From Camelus ferus (Eukaryota): a DNA stretch of 64,000 nt. The first letter of the stretch is position 1. Each line of letters opens with the position of its first letter. Made by a program: the position numbers and the translations under genes. The notes below the pieces were generated by a model. It was not told the DNA's origin. It did no database searches and was given only the letters and a program-made list of their open reading frames with translations. This document shows positions 13,401-26,891 of the stretch, in pieces. The DNA lies in NCBI RefSeq assembly GCF_009834535.1, contig NC_045696.1:84880001-84944000 (forward strand), read 5' to 3'.

Positions 13401-14959
13401 AAAACAGTTGATATAAAAATACTCTGAAAAGTTGAAAGTGTTGTGCAAAGCTGGTATTTTTATTAAAATGAATTGAGTGTCACCTGGCATGAGTCCTTGT
13501 GAGTGCTAGTGACCCTTTAATTTCAGAGAGCAACCCTATTGAGTCTTATGCTGACATGACCAGGAATCACCGTTATGCTCAGGATAAGTTTTCTGTGGAG
13601 CAGGATGGTTTACAGTTAAAAGGAAAGCACAACTATAACGAAGTAAGCACTTCTTCAAACATATTTTACAACTGCACTGCCATTCAAAATAATTTCCACT
13701 GCTGAATATTTGTCCCTTGGGCTTCAGCTAAAAAAAGGAAAAATCAGCTTTCTTTACATATAATGTTTTCTATCAGTGGTGGTTATTGGATTGCTTTCTT
13801 TACATAACTATCAACAAGAAACTTGTGGTGTGTAAAATAAACTATTCTTTCTTGCCAATACATAATTTCTCTTCCAAACTGAAGTTATAATTCAAAGTTC
13901 TGGCCAAAAGCAACTGTATTTTGCAAAGTCCCAAAAGTTAACAAAGTAAAGCTAAGTGATAAAAATCATTAGTGGATGATGTTTTCAGTTGTGCTTTTTA
14001 GTTACTTTAGCAGATGCAATATTGGCTTCTTCTTTTCACAGTAAATTAGATATGCAATTACTAGAAGCAAGAAGTAAATTTACATTATGTAAAAATGGTT
14101 TTTATAAGATTAATTATGAACTGAGAACTAAAAGTGTGCCAATATTGAAATAGCACTACCGTGGGGACATTCACATCCAAATTATTAAATTAGCCTTGTG
14201 GCCAGATGATAACTACTTCCCAGTCATCAAATTAGTCAAGTGCAGGAATCAAGAGCCATGACTTTTTTAAAAATGAGATTAATACCAGGTTTTTAAGGGG
14301 CATCATTTGACTTTATCTATTATGAATTATTCTTTCACCATTTTATTCATACATTCATGCAAAATTCTGATAAGACAAACTAGAAAGTTTGTTCAGTCCC
14401 CTATGACCTGGTTTCACAGTCTTGCTGACAGTTGCAGTATAGATCAGTTCTATTTGGACCAATTTAAACCAAATGCGTATTTTAATTTTTATGAATTCCA
14501 CTTTGTACATATTTCCATTTCCTTAGTCTTAAGAAAAATATATTATGTATGGGAAACTGGAGACCTTTAAAAATTGGTAATGATTTCTGATGCTACTAGA
14601 CATAGATCACTAGGCTCAGATATCTGCAGGCCTCGGCTACAACTGTGGTGTTCAGTGTGGTATTTTCAGCAGCCAAAACACCTGAAAAAAGTTGTTCCAT
14701 AGGTTACTGTTACATAAATAATAGATATGTTGTCATTTAATAAGGACTGTGAAGTAAAGTAGAGCCTCTTTGGCTCTAATGGAATTTATGTGATATGCAG
14801 AAAGCTCACTTTTATAATTTTTGCCCTAATATTTATCCTATGCCATATTATGCTATATTGATTTTTATTTTAAAAAAATTCTAAATTTTACACTGTTCAA
14901 AAATCATTAAATTTTTAAAAATGACCATATTTTAATCATTCAAAAAATAGATTTTTAAA

Positions 14960-16620
14960 AAATTTATTTGTTCATTAAGTATTATTGTCTACCATAAAGC
15001 ACCTACCATAGAAGTCTTCTTCTAGGCTCTGGGATATAACAGCAAACAAAACAGGCAAAACATCTGAAGTTTACATTATGGAAACAGAAAATGAGTAAGT
15101 AAACCAATAGACCATATAGTTCGGAAGATGGCAATAAGAACTATGGGGAAAAAGATAAAGGAGGGATAAGAAAATGAGTGATGGGGAAGAGGGAATGCAG
15201 TTTGCGATCTAAAATAGTCAGGAAAGGCTCCATTTAGCATTTGAGCAAAGACTTAAAGGAGGAGGAGATCATGAACGTTGATGATATCTGAGGAGAGAAG
15301 GTTCCAGAAAGTAAGAACCACAGTGTGAGTGCCTGAGGTGTGCAGTTCCTTGCATGGTGTAAGTATAAAAGGAAGGCTAATGTGACTATATATGTGTAAA
15401 TTAAGTGGAGGACAATAAGAGGTGAAGAGAGATAAGAAAAAAATAGGCTAGGGGTAATGGGGGCAGTCTTCATGAAGGACCTTTAAAATCATTGAAAAGA
15501 CTTCAGAATAGAAAGACATGTGGAGCCTTTCATTAAGCACTGTTGAGCACAGAAGTGACATAAACTGACTTTATTTTTTTAAGTTAAATGTGTACCTCTC
15601 TATATGTGTATATATATATATACATTTACATATATATATTAATTTATCACACAATTAAATAGGTGTTATTTTCTTTTTCTTTAAAGTTTTATGAATTTTA
15701 ACTGTTATATGTTCATGTGACTACTATCACAACACGTAAGGTGTTTAATAGACCATTCTGATGCTTTTCTAAGAATAAAACATAGGGCAGCAAAACTGGA
15801 AGCAGGGAAAACAATGAGGTGTCTATAGCAATAATCTAAGTGAAAGATGACCGTGACTCGGACAGGATTAGTAACAGTGGAGATGTTAGGTAGTGGTCAG
15901 ATCCTGCTATTTTGAAGATGATTTCAATGCCTGGGTAATGTGAAAGAGAAGAATCAAAAGTGATAGATAGCAGGGATCTTAGCATAAGCCATGAGAACAG
16001 CCTTGTACTTCTATTCAGAGAGAAGATGACTTGGGAAGAGCAGGATAGAAAGATGCATAGAGAATTTTGGGGAGGAGGACATATAATTTTGAAACTTTTT
16101 AAAGAATAGGTAATTGCAGTATCAAGTAGTTGGTTGTATGAGCCTGGAGTTGAGAAGACAGGTCAGGCTCGATATAAGAAGTTGAGATCCACTAGTTATA
16201 GAGAAAGATCACTAAAAGAGAGAGAGTATAGATAGACAAGAAACAAATAACCAAATAAATAACGTAACTATTCTGAAGGTAAAACTTTGGGAAAGTGAGG
16301 AGTAACCAGTGAAGAGACGTATTTTTAAAAATTTGCCAGTAAACTTAGAGGAAGTCAGAACAGCAGGATGAGAGAAAACAACTTTGTCAAACGGTAATAA
16401 GTCCAATATTTACATTTATAAGAGTACTTTTCATGAAATTCTGGGGCTTTTCTGTGAAAAGCCTCATAGAAATTGACTTAAGAGAGAACAAGAGGAAAGA
16501 AATCAGAAATTGAGAGTCTATAGTCAATTCTTTTCAGCAATTCTGTTATAAAGAGGAACAGACAAATAATATAGCAACTAAAGGGAAAGATGGGTTAAAA
16601 GAGTTCTTACGGATTTTTGT
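14960..16620 (-). mobile_element. LINE L2a, long fragment interrupted by a TA-rich patch at ~15580-15740
   Basis: 'gcacctacc...ctaggctctgggatataacagcaaacaaaacaggc...ttgagcaaagacttaaaggagg...ggaagcagggaaaacaatgagg...gagcctggagtt' matches reverse L2. Confidence 0.8.
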
Positions 16621-16989
16621 TGTTTTAGTTGTCATCAAGAAATGGTCTGATTTTAATCAATCTTTTAATATAAGAAGGTGAAGGATATGTCTGAAGATAT
16701 GGTTGAGGATATAGTATAACTCAGTTTATGAGTTCCACAGAGTACAGTGAGAGTGTTCTAAGAATTAATGGCAGATGGGAAATGGATCCTGAAATGGAGA
16801 TTGAAGAGGCTTGAGCAAAGGTTGAGGGAGGAGAGGATGACCATGTAGTTTTCATAATAGTTTTCATTTCAAATTGTTCCCACATAACATAATTAAATTC
16901 TCAAATTCATATATCTTTGTAGGCTAGATTTCAACTCTCAGTCATCCCCTCAGCTGGTCATCACTGGGAAATGAATAGTAATGTTTATT

Positions 16990-17600
16990 CTGAAGACGAT
17001 GCTCAATCTCTTTCATAATCAAATAATGCACATTAAAACAATATGATATTTTTCACCTATCATACTGACAAGACCAAGAGGCTTAATAATACTAGATATT
17101 GGTGAAGCTGTAGGGAGATACACTTAGCTTGAGTAATAGGTAGAGTAAATTGGTGCAAGTGAAAGAAATTTTGGTGACTTTCAAAATTTAAGACAAAATG
17201 TATTATTTGATTGAGCCATTCCATGTACTAACACCACCTGTAGTTGCAATCTCATATATATGCACATACAAGTGGGACAATGAAGTTTATTGTAAGATTG
17301 TTTGTAAAAGCAAAGCTTTGAAACAAACTATTCATCAGTATAGGACCAGTTAAATAAATTGCTTTGCATCTATTTAGAGGAGTGCTGGTGACAGTAAATA
17401 TAGATACAGACATGTACGTTATTCAGAGGGGTCCTGTTGATAGAAAATATTTATATAAATATATAGATATAGATGTGGGTGTTTATAATATAATTTGCAT
17501 ATAATTAAATCTTATTATTTCTAAAAAGTTTTGGAAATCCACCGTGTATGTCACAGTGTTAAATGAAAATCAAAATACACCAAATCTGTATAACGTAATC
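16990..17600 (+). mobile_element. Old LINE-1 (L1ME-like) ORF2 end and 3'UTR
   Basis: 'gatgctcaatctc...atgcacattaaaacaatatgatatttttcacctatca...gtttattgtaagattgtttgtaaaagcaaa' is a degenerate L1 3' region. Confidence 0.7.
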
Positions 17601-18004
17601 TCAATTTAAACTTAAAAATATTCCTGCTTACCTTACAAAGGAATACTTAATAGGATTACTGTAGAAGGAAGTAATTAAAAATCTGCAATGGGGAGAATAT
17701 GTTTTACAATGTTAATTTTGATTTGGGTAAAACAATATTTCAATTGTATAGTCTAATTACAAAATCATGGCATATTGCATTTCATTTCCACTGGTCATCT
17801 TTCTTCCACTTTTTATGGGCAAGGTCCCTAAAACTCAAATTAATCCAATAACATCATAGCATTTCAAAACACTTCCTTTTGTAAATTAATATTGAAACTG
17901 ATTCTTATTTGTAGAAAAAGTCATGGATTTAACCTACATATTTTCACTTCATAGCTGTACTGCATATTTTACAATACAGCATATGTGTAAACATTACAAG
18001 GACT

Positions 18005-18680
18005 CATTTCAAGGTCCTCCTCATCTTTTGCTTGGATTCCTACGCCATCAAACCTACCTCAGATTCTTTCAGCCTTACCCTTGCAGTCCATTTTCCGAAC
18101 AACCTTCTGGACTAATGATTTTCCTAAAAAGTAAATCTCATCATGCTACCCTCTATTTAAACACCTCCTCTGGTTCCTGACAGCTTTCAGTTAGTGTCTA
18201 ATGGTCTTAGCTGGGTGCACTAAGGTGTCTGTGATCTGGTCTTGGCTTTATCTTCAATCTCACCATTTCCTTCTTGATAATTCATAGGAACCTTCCATGA
18301 CCGATTTGTTCACTTCCAGGACTCCCAACAGTTCTGTTTCCTCATTCTGGGAACTGCTTTATCCCTTCTCCCTACATTGTCTCCACATTGCATAGCCAAC
18401 CATTACCCATCTTTTGGGGCTCACTTCCACATCACTTCTTAGTGATCCCATTACAGATCTAAACACACGAATCCAGGTGAATTTCTTCCCTATGTTCAAG
18501 AGTTCCATGTTTTTGCTCTAGTACAAAAAGACCAGTGTGTATAATTGTCTATTTGCCTACCTTTCTCCTTCACTAGAATATAAGCTTTCTGGAGCAGGAA
18601 CCCTCTCATTCATCTCTGTATTTCCAGAAACTTGCCCCATGCATGACCAGTAGCATGTACAAAATGAGCATGTTAAACGA
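18005..18680 (+). mobile_element. LINE L2 3' portion
   Basis: 'ttttcctaaaaagtaaatctcatcatgctaccc...cactagaatataagctttctggagcaggaacc...tctctgtatttccag' is a typical L2 3' end. Confidence 0.75.
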
Positions 18681-18765
18681 TATAATAATTCCTTGTGTAA
18701 GACTTCACATTTTCACACAAAAGCTCAAAGGAGAAACATTAAAGAAAAATAACTAAGCAGTAGAG

Positions 18766-18930
18766 CAGTATTTTCCAAAGTGATTTCAGGTAACTCCACA
18801 AAGAGAATTCTTTTGGCAAATAATGTTGGGGAAGCTCTATGCAATGCCTTCCTCTTCAAATTCAAAACGCACCTTACCATGTAAAACTCTGAAAAGTCCA
18901 GAATCAGAGATTCTGGAAAATGTCTTAACT
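18766..18930 (+). mobile_element. hAT-Charlie MITE fragment (MER103C-like)
   Basis: 'cagtattttccaaagtg...caaataatgttggggaagct...attcaaaacgcaccttaccatgtaaaactctgaaaagtcc'. Confidence 0.6.
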
Positions 18931-20657
18931 TTAAGAGAGAAATGGCATTTGTCTTGCTTATTTAGAAAACAAACATCTCAAGAAGGCTGATTTTGAATAT
19001 AAGTTAAATGAACATATATGTCAGACAAAAATCAAAGCATATTTCAGCAACATATATTAAAGTCTTTATACCTTATGATGCATACTGTTGTGTCGTCTTT
19101 ACAATAGTGAAACATAATTTGTTAAGCCTACTTTTAATACATTGATATCATCGAAATTTCTACATACGTTTATTTTTATGCATTGATAGCCTCAAATTTC
19201 TCAGAACTGTGTTGGGAAATTTGCTCCTTTGTTAGTAGCTCAGGCTTTCTTCTTTTCTCCTCCCCTTTCCTCTGTCTATCCTAGTTTGTAAAAGTAAAAT
19301 TGGTGAGTACAAATCCCTGTTCAGCAGGCAAGAGTGAGTGCACTTATGTATATTCATGAAGGGTGGAGCAGTAGAGAATGAGCAGGATAACTTTACATTG
19401 TACATAGTAAGATTGAAACAAAGCTAAAAATGTGTAAGACTGTCGCCCATTAGAATAATTTCTGTGGCCTGCTTATGATTTGAATCTAAGTGTCATTATG
19501 AATATTGTCATGTGTTTCAGATTAACATCATTATTGATTCACAGAAATATTTCAAGAAACATTGAGTGTACTCTATTTTCTGGGAAATGGGGCCTCAGCC
19601 AGGCATTTTGAGGTTGTTTTCTTGTATGATTTAACAACTCTTATCTTTCGATCAAGCTAAACAGCATTGTTAGTGTTTACAAAATTTGATTTAAGTAGTT
19701 TCTTAGCAACTGGTGATATTTTAATGATGGTGTCTATTATATAATATAATGTATATTGTGATTTTATGAGCTGAAAGAACAAATTCCAAAGCTATGGAAC
19801 AATAAAGCATACGTATTATTTTAGCCAACAGTTTTTTTTTTCTTAATACAGATATAAATGTTGTCCATCAATAAAGCTAAAATCTGATGTTAAATTGTAT
19901 TTATATATATGACACTCTACTTGTCTCTCGTTAGAATTACTTTCCAACAAAAGCAAATAAGTGACAAAAATAGAAACATATTTTAACAAATGTGATTGAA
20001 AATTACCTGATCTTTAAAGATTTGAGGACATTCTATGAACAGTCTTCTTCATCTAGTATTGTTGCCATAACAAGAAGTTTATATAATACGGTGTATTTTT
20101 TCAGGTAATGTTTAAATACCTAGAGATATGTCTAAAAGATAATGAGAAAATTTAATAAAATAAAGAGTAAATGCTTCTATTAGAATATTCCATACATGGT
20201 AATTAGAATAATACCCTGAGACTGATGTCTTAAATAACAACAATTAACATTGGTGAATTCTTAAAAGCATAGTATTTTTAAAAGCTACTCAACAATTCCC
20301 AGTTGGTTTCTTAAAATCAATTGGAAATTGTTCCGAGTAGATTGAGCAAATCATTTAGAATAAGATGCTAACTAGATTCAACTCCATTTTCAAATAAATG
20401 AAACTAATTTACCACAGTAAAATGATTAAATGTTTCAGTTATTTTTTAATTTAAGTTTTCAGAGTATTCTTCTTTATTTTTTAATTATTAAAAAATACAG
20501 TAATAATATGTCTTTTACAAAATCTAAGCAAATCCAAGTTTGATTTGGTTAATGAAATACTTAGGATACTTTTGAGGACAGTCTAAAATCAGAAGCAGTC
20601 GTATGGTTAATATAATGATTTTTAATCATTTAAAGAGAAAAAACACTTTTTCCCTGG

Positions 20658-20915
20658 AATTATATCTATATAATTATACATAATATATAATTAATATTGT
20701 AATAATATAACAATTTATAATATAATGATTACATAATAATCAATTATATTATTATGTATTATAATTATATAGATATAAGTATAATATTATTATATAATTG
20801 ATTATTATGTGAATATTATATGCAATTATATTATACAATTCATTATGATATGTTATATTATATAATTATATATATAAATTATATAATATAATATAATTAA
20901 TTATATATGTATATG
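20658..20915. repeat. AT-rich low-complexity tract containing two perfect 19-bp inverted repeats
   Basis: Almost entirely A/T; inverted arm pairs at 20660-20678/20760-20778 and 20731-20749/20792-20810. Confidence 0.9.
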
Positions 20916-22244
20916 TATCCCTAACTGGGAAGTTAAAAGAAGGTGAAAGTAGTGTCTCTCCCAATCTAGAATAAGTAACTTTAATATTTTTTAATTTTTA
21001 CTGAAAACCCATAGTTTGAGTTAGAAGTTCTGGAGTTTACCATTCAGAATTTCTTAACTTATTTAGGAGTTCAAGTTGTTGTTCTCACCATCAACATCCT
21101 AAAAAAATAACCGTTATCAATTTTTAAGCTGTGTTTTTAAATCTCTGTATAAGGTCAATGCCCAGAACAAATCAAATGATATTTTATACAGGTAGATTAA
21201 TTTCAGAGGTCTGCCTATCATGTAGTCAAAGCAGAACAGACAGTAGAAAGGACTGAAGAGAGAGAATGTGAAATCTTAGAGATGGAACAGTTCTAAATGA
21301 TTGTAACTGTGACTGACGCTCAGCTAATACAGAATTAAATGCATCTGAACATCCCAGCACCGTTTGTGTTTTGGTGTGTAAGTAGCCTTTCTATTAACAT
21401 TTTCAACTTTCGAGAGCATAGTGATTTGTTATTTTCAAGCTATACCATTCCACAAACAAACTGCAGACGCAGGATGGCTGTGTAATGATGTGATAAATCA
21501 GTCAATTTGAAGCTGACAGAGTATCATTTGCATCATTTTTATTTAATAGTGGGATAAGAGGGTTTTTGAAATTGATCCCCAGGTAATGATGAAAGATAAT
21601 TGAGTTAATATTGGCTTTTGCATGGAATGATAAACTGCAAATCAATAAAACCACTAATCAAAAATATAAAATATTTCAAAATTAATTTTTAGTCATTTTC
21701 CCCCAAATTACTTAAAATGTAAGTTATATGGCATGATGGCATTATCACAACATTTCACATTTTATGTTGAACATATACTCTTATTGAGCTTTCTGAGCAT
21801 ATTTTACACGTGTGATGTTCCTTAAATGACATTGTACTAGGCTGGTTTTCCTTTTTATCTCCAAAGTGTATTTAAGATTGTATTTACCTGCCATAAAGTG
21901 TATTTTTATATAATTCAACACTTTAGAATCTCTAACTTGATGTTAATATTTTTCATCTGACATTACAAGGTGCTTATATGTACTATATACATATTTATCT
22001 GTATAAAATGTAAATATGTAATAAGAGAGAGAAACAGAGAAAAAAGAGCTGTTTCTTATGCATTTTCTAACAGATTGTGCCCTGTATGTTTGTTTATTGT
22101 ATCAGTTATTCCAGACTTGGAAAGTGTTTTCCTTTGGAAACAGATACAAAATAGCTTGTTCCAAGATAATTCCATAAAAACAAATTTAATCTATGCTGTA
22201 GCCAAACAGAAATCCTATTAACACTTAAGTACTATTAGCACACA

Positions 22245-22335
22245 TCTTTCTTTTCTTTTCTTTTTTCTTTCTTTTTAAACTTTTCTTTCTTTGTTTATTT
22301 TTCATTTCTTTTATTCTTCCCCCTCCCTATTTTCC
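22245..22335 (+). repeat. CT-rich polypyrimidine low-complexity tract
   Basis: (CTTTT)n-like run seen directly in the sequence. Confidence 0.8.
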
Positions 22336-23809
22336 ATAGGGCCTGTGTGGTTCATATCAGTCTTCATTGTTAGAGAGTTGCCGTTGTCTGAAAAGGAAAA
22401 GAGATTTCTCTAAGAATGAAAGTAATATTCCTTTGTTCCACGTTGCTACTACTATGTTTTTCAGTTTATTGCGTAGAAAAAGAACAAAATGGGATCTGAG
22501 CTATGTAGTAAGTAAGGGATTCCTAAAATTGTTTTCAGTTACCTCCCCTTGAAATAGAGGAGAAAGTGAATGAGTATCTCTCACTTTATTGACATCATGT
22601 ACTGTACTAAGTGGGCAAAAGTAAGAGCTTTGCATTGAGCAGATGCTGACTTCCAAATTTAATTTCCTAAGGTGATTAAATGTTACTTTACTCAGCAGGA
22701 TAAGGTCCCTGATCCAGTGGGAAGTAGATCTATGCATCTAACAAGTATGTATTAGGAATTTATAAGGAATTGATTAAACAAATAAACAAAAAACCCTACA
22801 CCCACTAAATTCTACTTCCAATGATAGACAGAGTTGAAACTGTATGAGTAGCTTTAAACATCTTCTTGTACTATTGTGCTGTTCACGCACATTGATCAGA
22901 TGATGCTTGAGTCTTTAACTTCCCACTTGAACAAGTGACAAGGTGGGAGCACCGTAGTTGACAAGACAAGGTCTTCGACAAATTCTTACTACTGCATTCA
23001 CCACCAGGTGCATCATTCCCATAGAGAGGGCGTGTGATCTACCATGACTATATTAAGACATGAATATGGAATTTTGGAGACAATAGATTCTGTGTCCATT
23101 GTGGCCCTAACAGGCAGAGCTGCTGTGTAGGCTCTAATACTAAGAGTACTTGCAGCCCATTTCAGTCAGTTACCTTCTTCATCTAGGTAACTCTTAGACT
23201 GTGTCAGGTCCAAGATACTTTCTCATTACCATGAACTTTGCTTTATTCCAATGAAAGAAGTAAAGCCATATCACTTAAAAGGAATGTATGCCAAGTGTGA
23301 GTAAAATTCAGATTGATTCTCTCACATTTTACCACAACATGTTTTAGAAAACACATGGTGGGTGGGCTCACATAAAACTTACTTGAAAGTATTCGGACCC
23401 TGCCATTATGACACTGATGACTCACTTCTTATGGAACATTCTGATGGAGATAAAGTTTATTAGAATAGTTCATTATCTACCTGGAATTACTTAGGGGCAT
23501 TTCAAAAAGGATCCATGTCCAAGACTATTTCCCCAATACACCAGCCACAAAGTATCTAAAATATCATAGAGATTTATTCTTTTGGTCTATGGCTTTTCAG
23601 TTTTATGATTCCCTATTTAGGTAAAATTATACCAGAGCAAATGTGCAACAATGTAAAGATAATAACAAGTTGCTATGAGTTCACTGGGAAGGGCACTAAT
23701 AAACAAACCACGTTAAAAGATCTAGAGGTGAAAAACAGGGTAGATAAACATTCATAACACAAAGGAATTCTGAACAAGCAGGGATGCTGAAGTGTGTTCA
23801 GGAAACCCT

Positions 23810-24250
23810 GGGCCAGGCAACAGGTTGTACACTATTATATAAGGTACTTTTTAGTTTGATCTCCAACAAAGGGAGGTAACATCATGGAGAGAGTGGGGCA
23901 AGTGAGACAGAGAAGGAAGAAAGAAGATAAGGGGTGCATTAACAAGCAGGGTACTGATATGGGAAATTAAGGTTCATTCTGTTGAAGACTCTGAGGAACT
24001 ATATAAAGCATGCCTTCATATTTTCACATCAAGACATCTTTTGTAAAGAAGAGGAGAAAGTAAGAAAAGAACGACAATTGAAGGCAGGGTCTCCCTTAGA
24101 GCTTTACACACCCTGGGCACACAGACCCTACATTGCTTCTGGGGTAAGTGAGCCAGTGCAGAAATTAACAATAGGGAAGTAAGCAGGCATGTAGTAAACA
24201 CACGGTGAAGGAATGAAGGAAATATATCATCAGATTCCTGATATAGTCAC
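23810..24250 (-). mobile_element. ERVL LTR (LTR33-like), degenerate
   Basis: 'gagtggggcaagtgagacagagaaggaag...ggggtgcattaacaagcagggtact...ctctgagg' resembles reverse LTR33. Confidence 0.55.
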
Positions 24251-26491
24251 TAAAAATCTAGCCTCATTGTTTTCCCATTTTTAGTAACTTAGAGGAGAGC
24301 TGGCATAGCAGGGCTAGGTGAGGTCAACAGAAGAACAAGGTGACACAGAACAGTAAACTTCAGAGACCCCTTTTCTATAACGTTTAATTCTCTGACCCTT
24401 GAGTTCCTATTTTATAGTTGTATGAATATTGTCTTCCCTCTAACCCAGTGAATATGTAGAGTGTTACAGGAAAGGAGGCTCTCCGTTCTGGACACCCTAT
24501 GTTGGCCATGGTGACTGTATATCTGGCCTAAGCCATGGGACAGTGAGTATTGGGACAGGCGGAGGGATTATGTGCTCCCTACTAGAGGTTTGCTTATAGA
24601 TTTTCCCAGTAAACACTGTGCTATGCCTTCACACACGGTCTGTGACTTAAAGCCTTTGCACAGTAGTTTTCCGTTCTTTACACATTCATTCGAGTGTTGA
24701 CTAGGTAAGTTGATAACTTGAGCTTCATTCTCAGTTAACTGATTCTTATCTTCAAAATATTTCTTCATCTCCCAAATATCAATCCTTACTTCCCTTCAGC
24801 AAGATTCCAGGACTCCCCTTTATTTATCTAACACAGATTACCTACCATGGTGGTAAATTTTATTTATCCCTTTTTAATCAACATCAACCGTACCTAGGCA
24901 CAGTTACCCAGAGACCTTAAAAACATGATACACTAGAAAACCAAAGAATTCATTGAAATTAAATAATCGTCATTACTCTCTTCCCCTAAAAGCTGCATTT
25001 TATTTAGAATCCTTTGTGGATCAAGCCAAAGGGGCAAATAATTTAAAAATTTGAATGATCGTAAATGGGTCTGTAATATATTTAGCTTTGACATGGCTTT
25101 TTAACAACTAGTTAAGATATAAGATACAATAAGCAGCCTTGATTTCCTCTGTCTTGGGCAGTCTTTGAAGGCTGTTCCATGTATTGCCAAAGAAGTGCAC
25201 TGTGGCAGTTCTGCTAGTGGAATGAGTCAGAAACTGGCATATCAAGACAAAAACTCAAGAGCAGTTACTTTTTTTTCTTTGCCTCTGTTTTAATTAACCA
25301 CAATTCCAAACCTTGTGAGCTATTTTCCAATGAGCCAATACATAAAGTGGTATCAAGAGTGCAGTGCATTTGCTGCAGATCTGAAAGCCTTTTAATTTCT
25401 AATGCAGATCTGCTCAATATGTTTCCCATGTAAGTAAACCAAGTGGACTTTATTTTCATTTTAATTGCTAGCACTGGCCATTTTAAGGGAGGAACTGTTT
25501 TTTGATTAAACTAACTTTTCAGACACTAAAATAAATTGCACTGAGGCATGCAACCTTTTCAGATCTATTTTTTAATTGTCAACATAGCACACCACATTAT
25601 TTCAGACCTTAAACATAATTAAATGTCAGAAAATGTCATGTGAGTTTTGCTTCAGTAATGATTATTAATTATTCTACTAGGGTGCTTTAAAAATCTTTAC
25701 ATATCATGGTCTTTGCTTCAAGAACCTCAAACTTTGCTAAGTATAATCATTAAATAAGATTCTGCTCTTCCTTTAGGATCTTTATTTTCTTATTCTATGA
25801 GCACAGTAAATAACTTCAGCATGACCAAGCCTTCAAATACTCCAGGTATATTAGAGAACCGTGGCTCTTCTGGACACACCTTACCAGATAGAAAATGGCA
25901 AATGAAATGACTCAGTTAAAGTGAAATTTATATACACACACATACAAAAAATGATTTGTTTAATTCAGGATCATAAGAATTCTGGGTTTTAGTTTTAATA
26001 TTTCTTTCTGTTTCTGGATAGCACTTAAACCAGCTGTAAATGTTGTGAGAGTGAGCGATTGTTTCTTTATGTGATTTTAGTGAACCAGAAGGGGCTACCT
26101 GGCCCTCCTCATCCTCCTGATGCTTGAATTCTTTTAATAAGAACAAAGCCTTACTGTCTGCAATGAAAGGTCAGACGTAAAATTCAAGATACATCTAGGA
26201 AAAAGAAATACTCTGGTTTAAATTCACACTAATATACAAGTGATTGACATGAGAACCTTTTCTCATGTCAGATTTTCGTGAGCGTTTGAATTACTTATTG
26301 CGAGAGCGTCAAAGAGGAAGGGTACAAAAGATAAAAGTTTGCCTAGAGACAACTCTATGTAGAGTTTGTATTTCATGTACAAAGTTGTTTGCAAGGAAAA
26401 AAAGAGTCACTTAAAATATGCAATTTTAGATTTTGTTTTCCCATTTCTGTCTTCACTACTACTATTTGATTTGCGTCATTGTCATCTATTC

Positions 26492-26655
26492 AGTAGTGGA
26501 AAACCCAGTTCAATCAGCATTAGAATCCTCTGGTTTAAGAGGCATGCCACCCTATGGATTTTGATACGGGAGATATAGGATGGCCTCAGGATCTTATAGT
26601 ATTTTAAATCTTCCCTGGGTGAGTCTGATGCACTTTGAGGGGTGAGATTCATTCC
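26492..26655. mobile_element. MER5-type hAT MITE
   Basis: 'gcattagaatcctctgg...attttaaatcttccctgggtgagtctgatgcac' resembles MER5A/B. Confidence 0.55.
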
Positions 26656-26891
26656 CTGAAAGCTTTCAATCACGTGGTACTTCCTCTGCTATGAGAGTAC
26701 TTGAACGAATCTCACCTAATCACTGTTCTCAAGATCTGCTGAGAATTGTTTTATTATTTTTTTGACGCTTTGGTTTCAACTATTTCAGCCCCGACACACA
26801 CCTTACTAAAAGCTACTGTCTCCAAGCCACACTTAACTCTTTGATATTTCCCAAATTCTCCACCCTTTTTCGTGCACATCTTAAGTCAGCA

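Noticed and set aside
22245..22430. Long pyrimidine tract ending in AG before ORF 22367-22552
   Set aside because: The tract is simple low-complexity sequence, the donor is weak and the peptide is unrecognisable.
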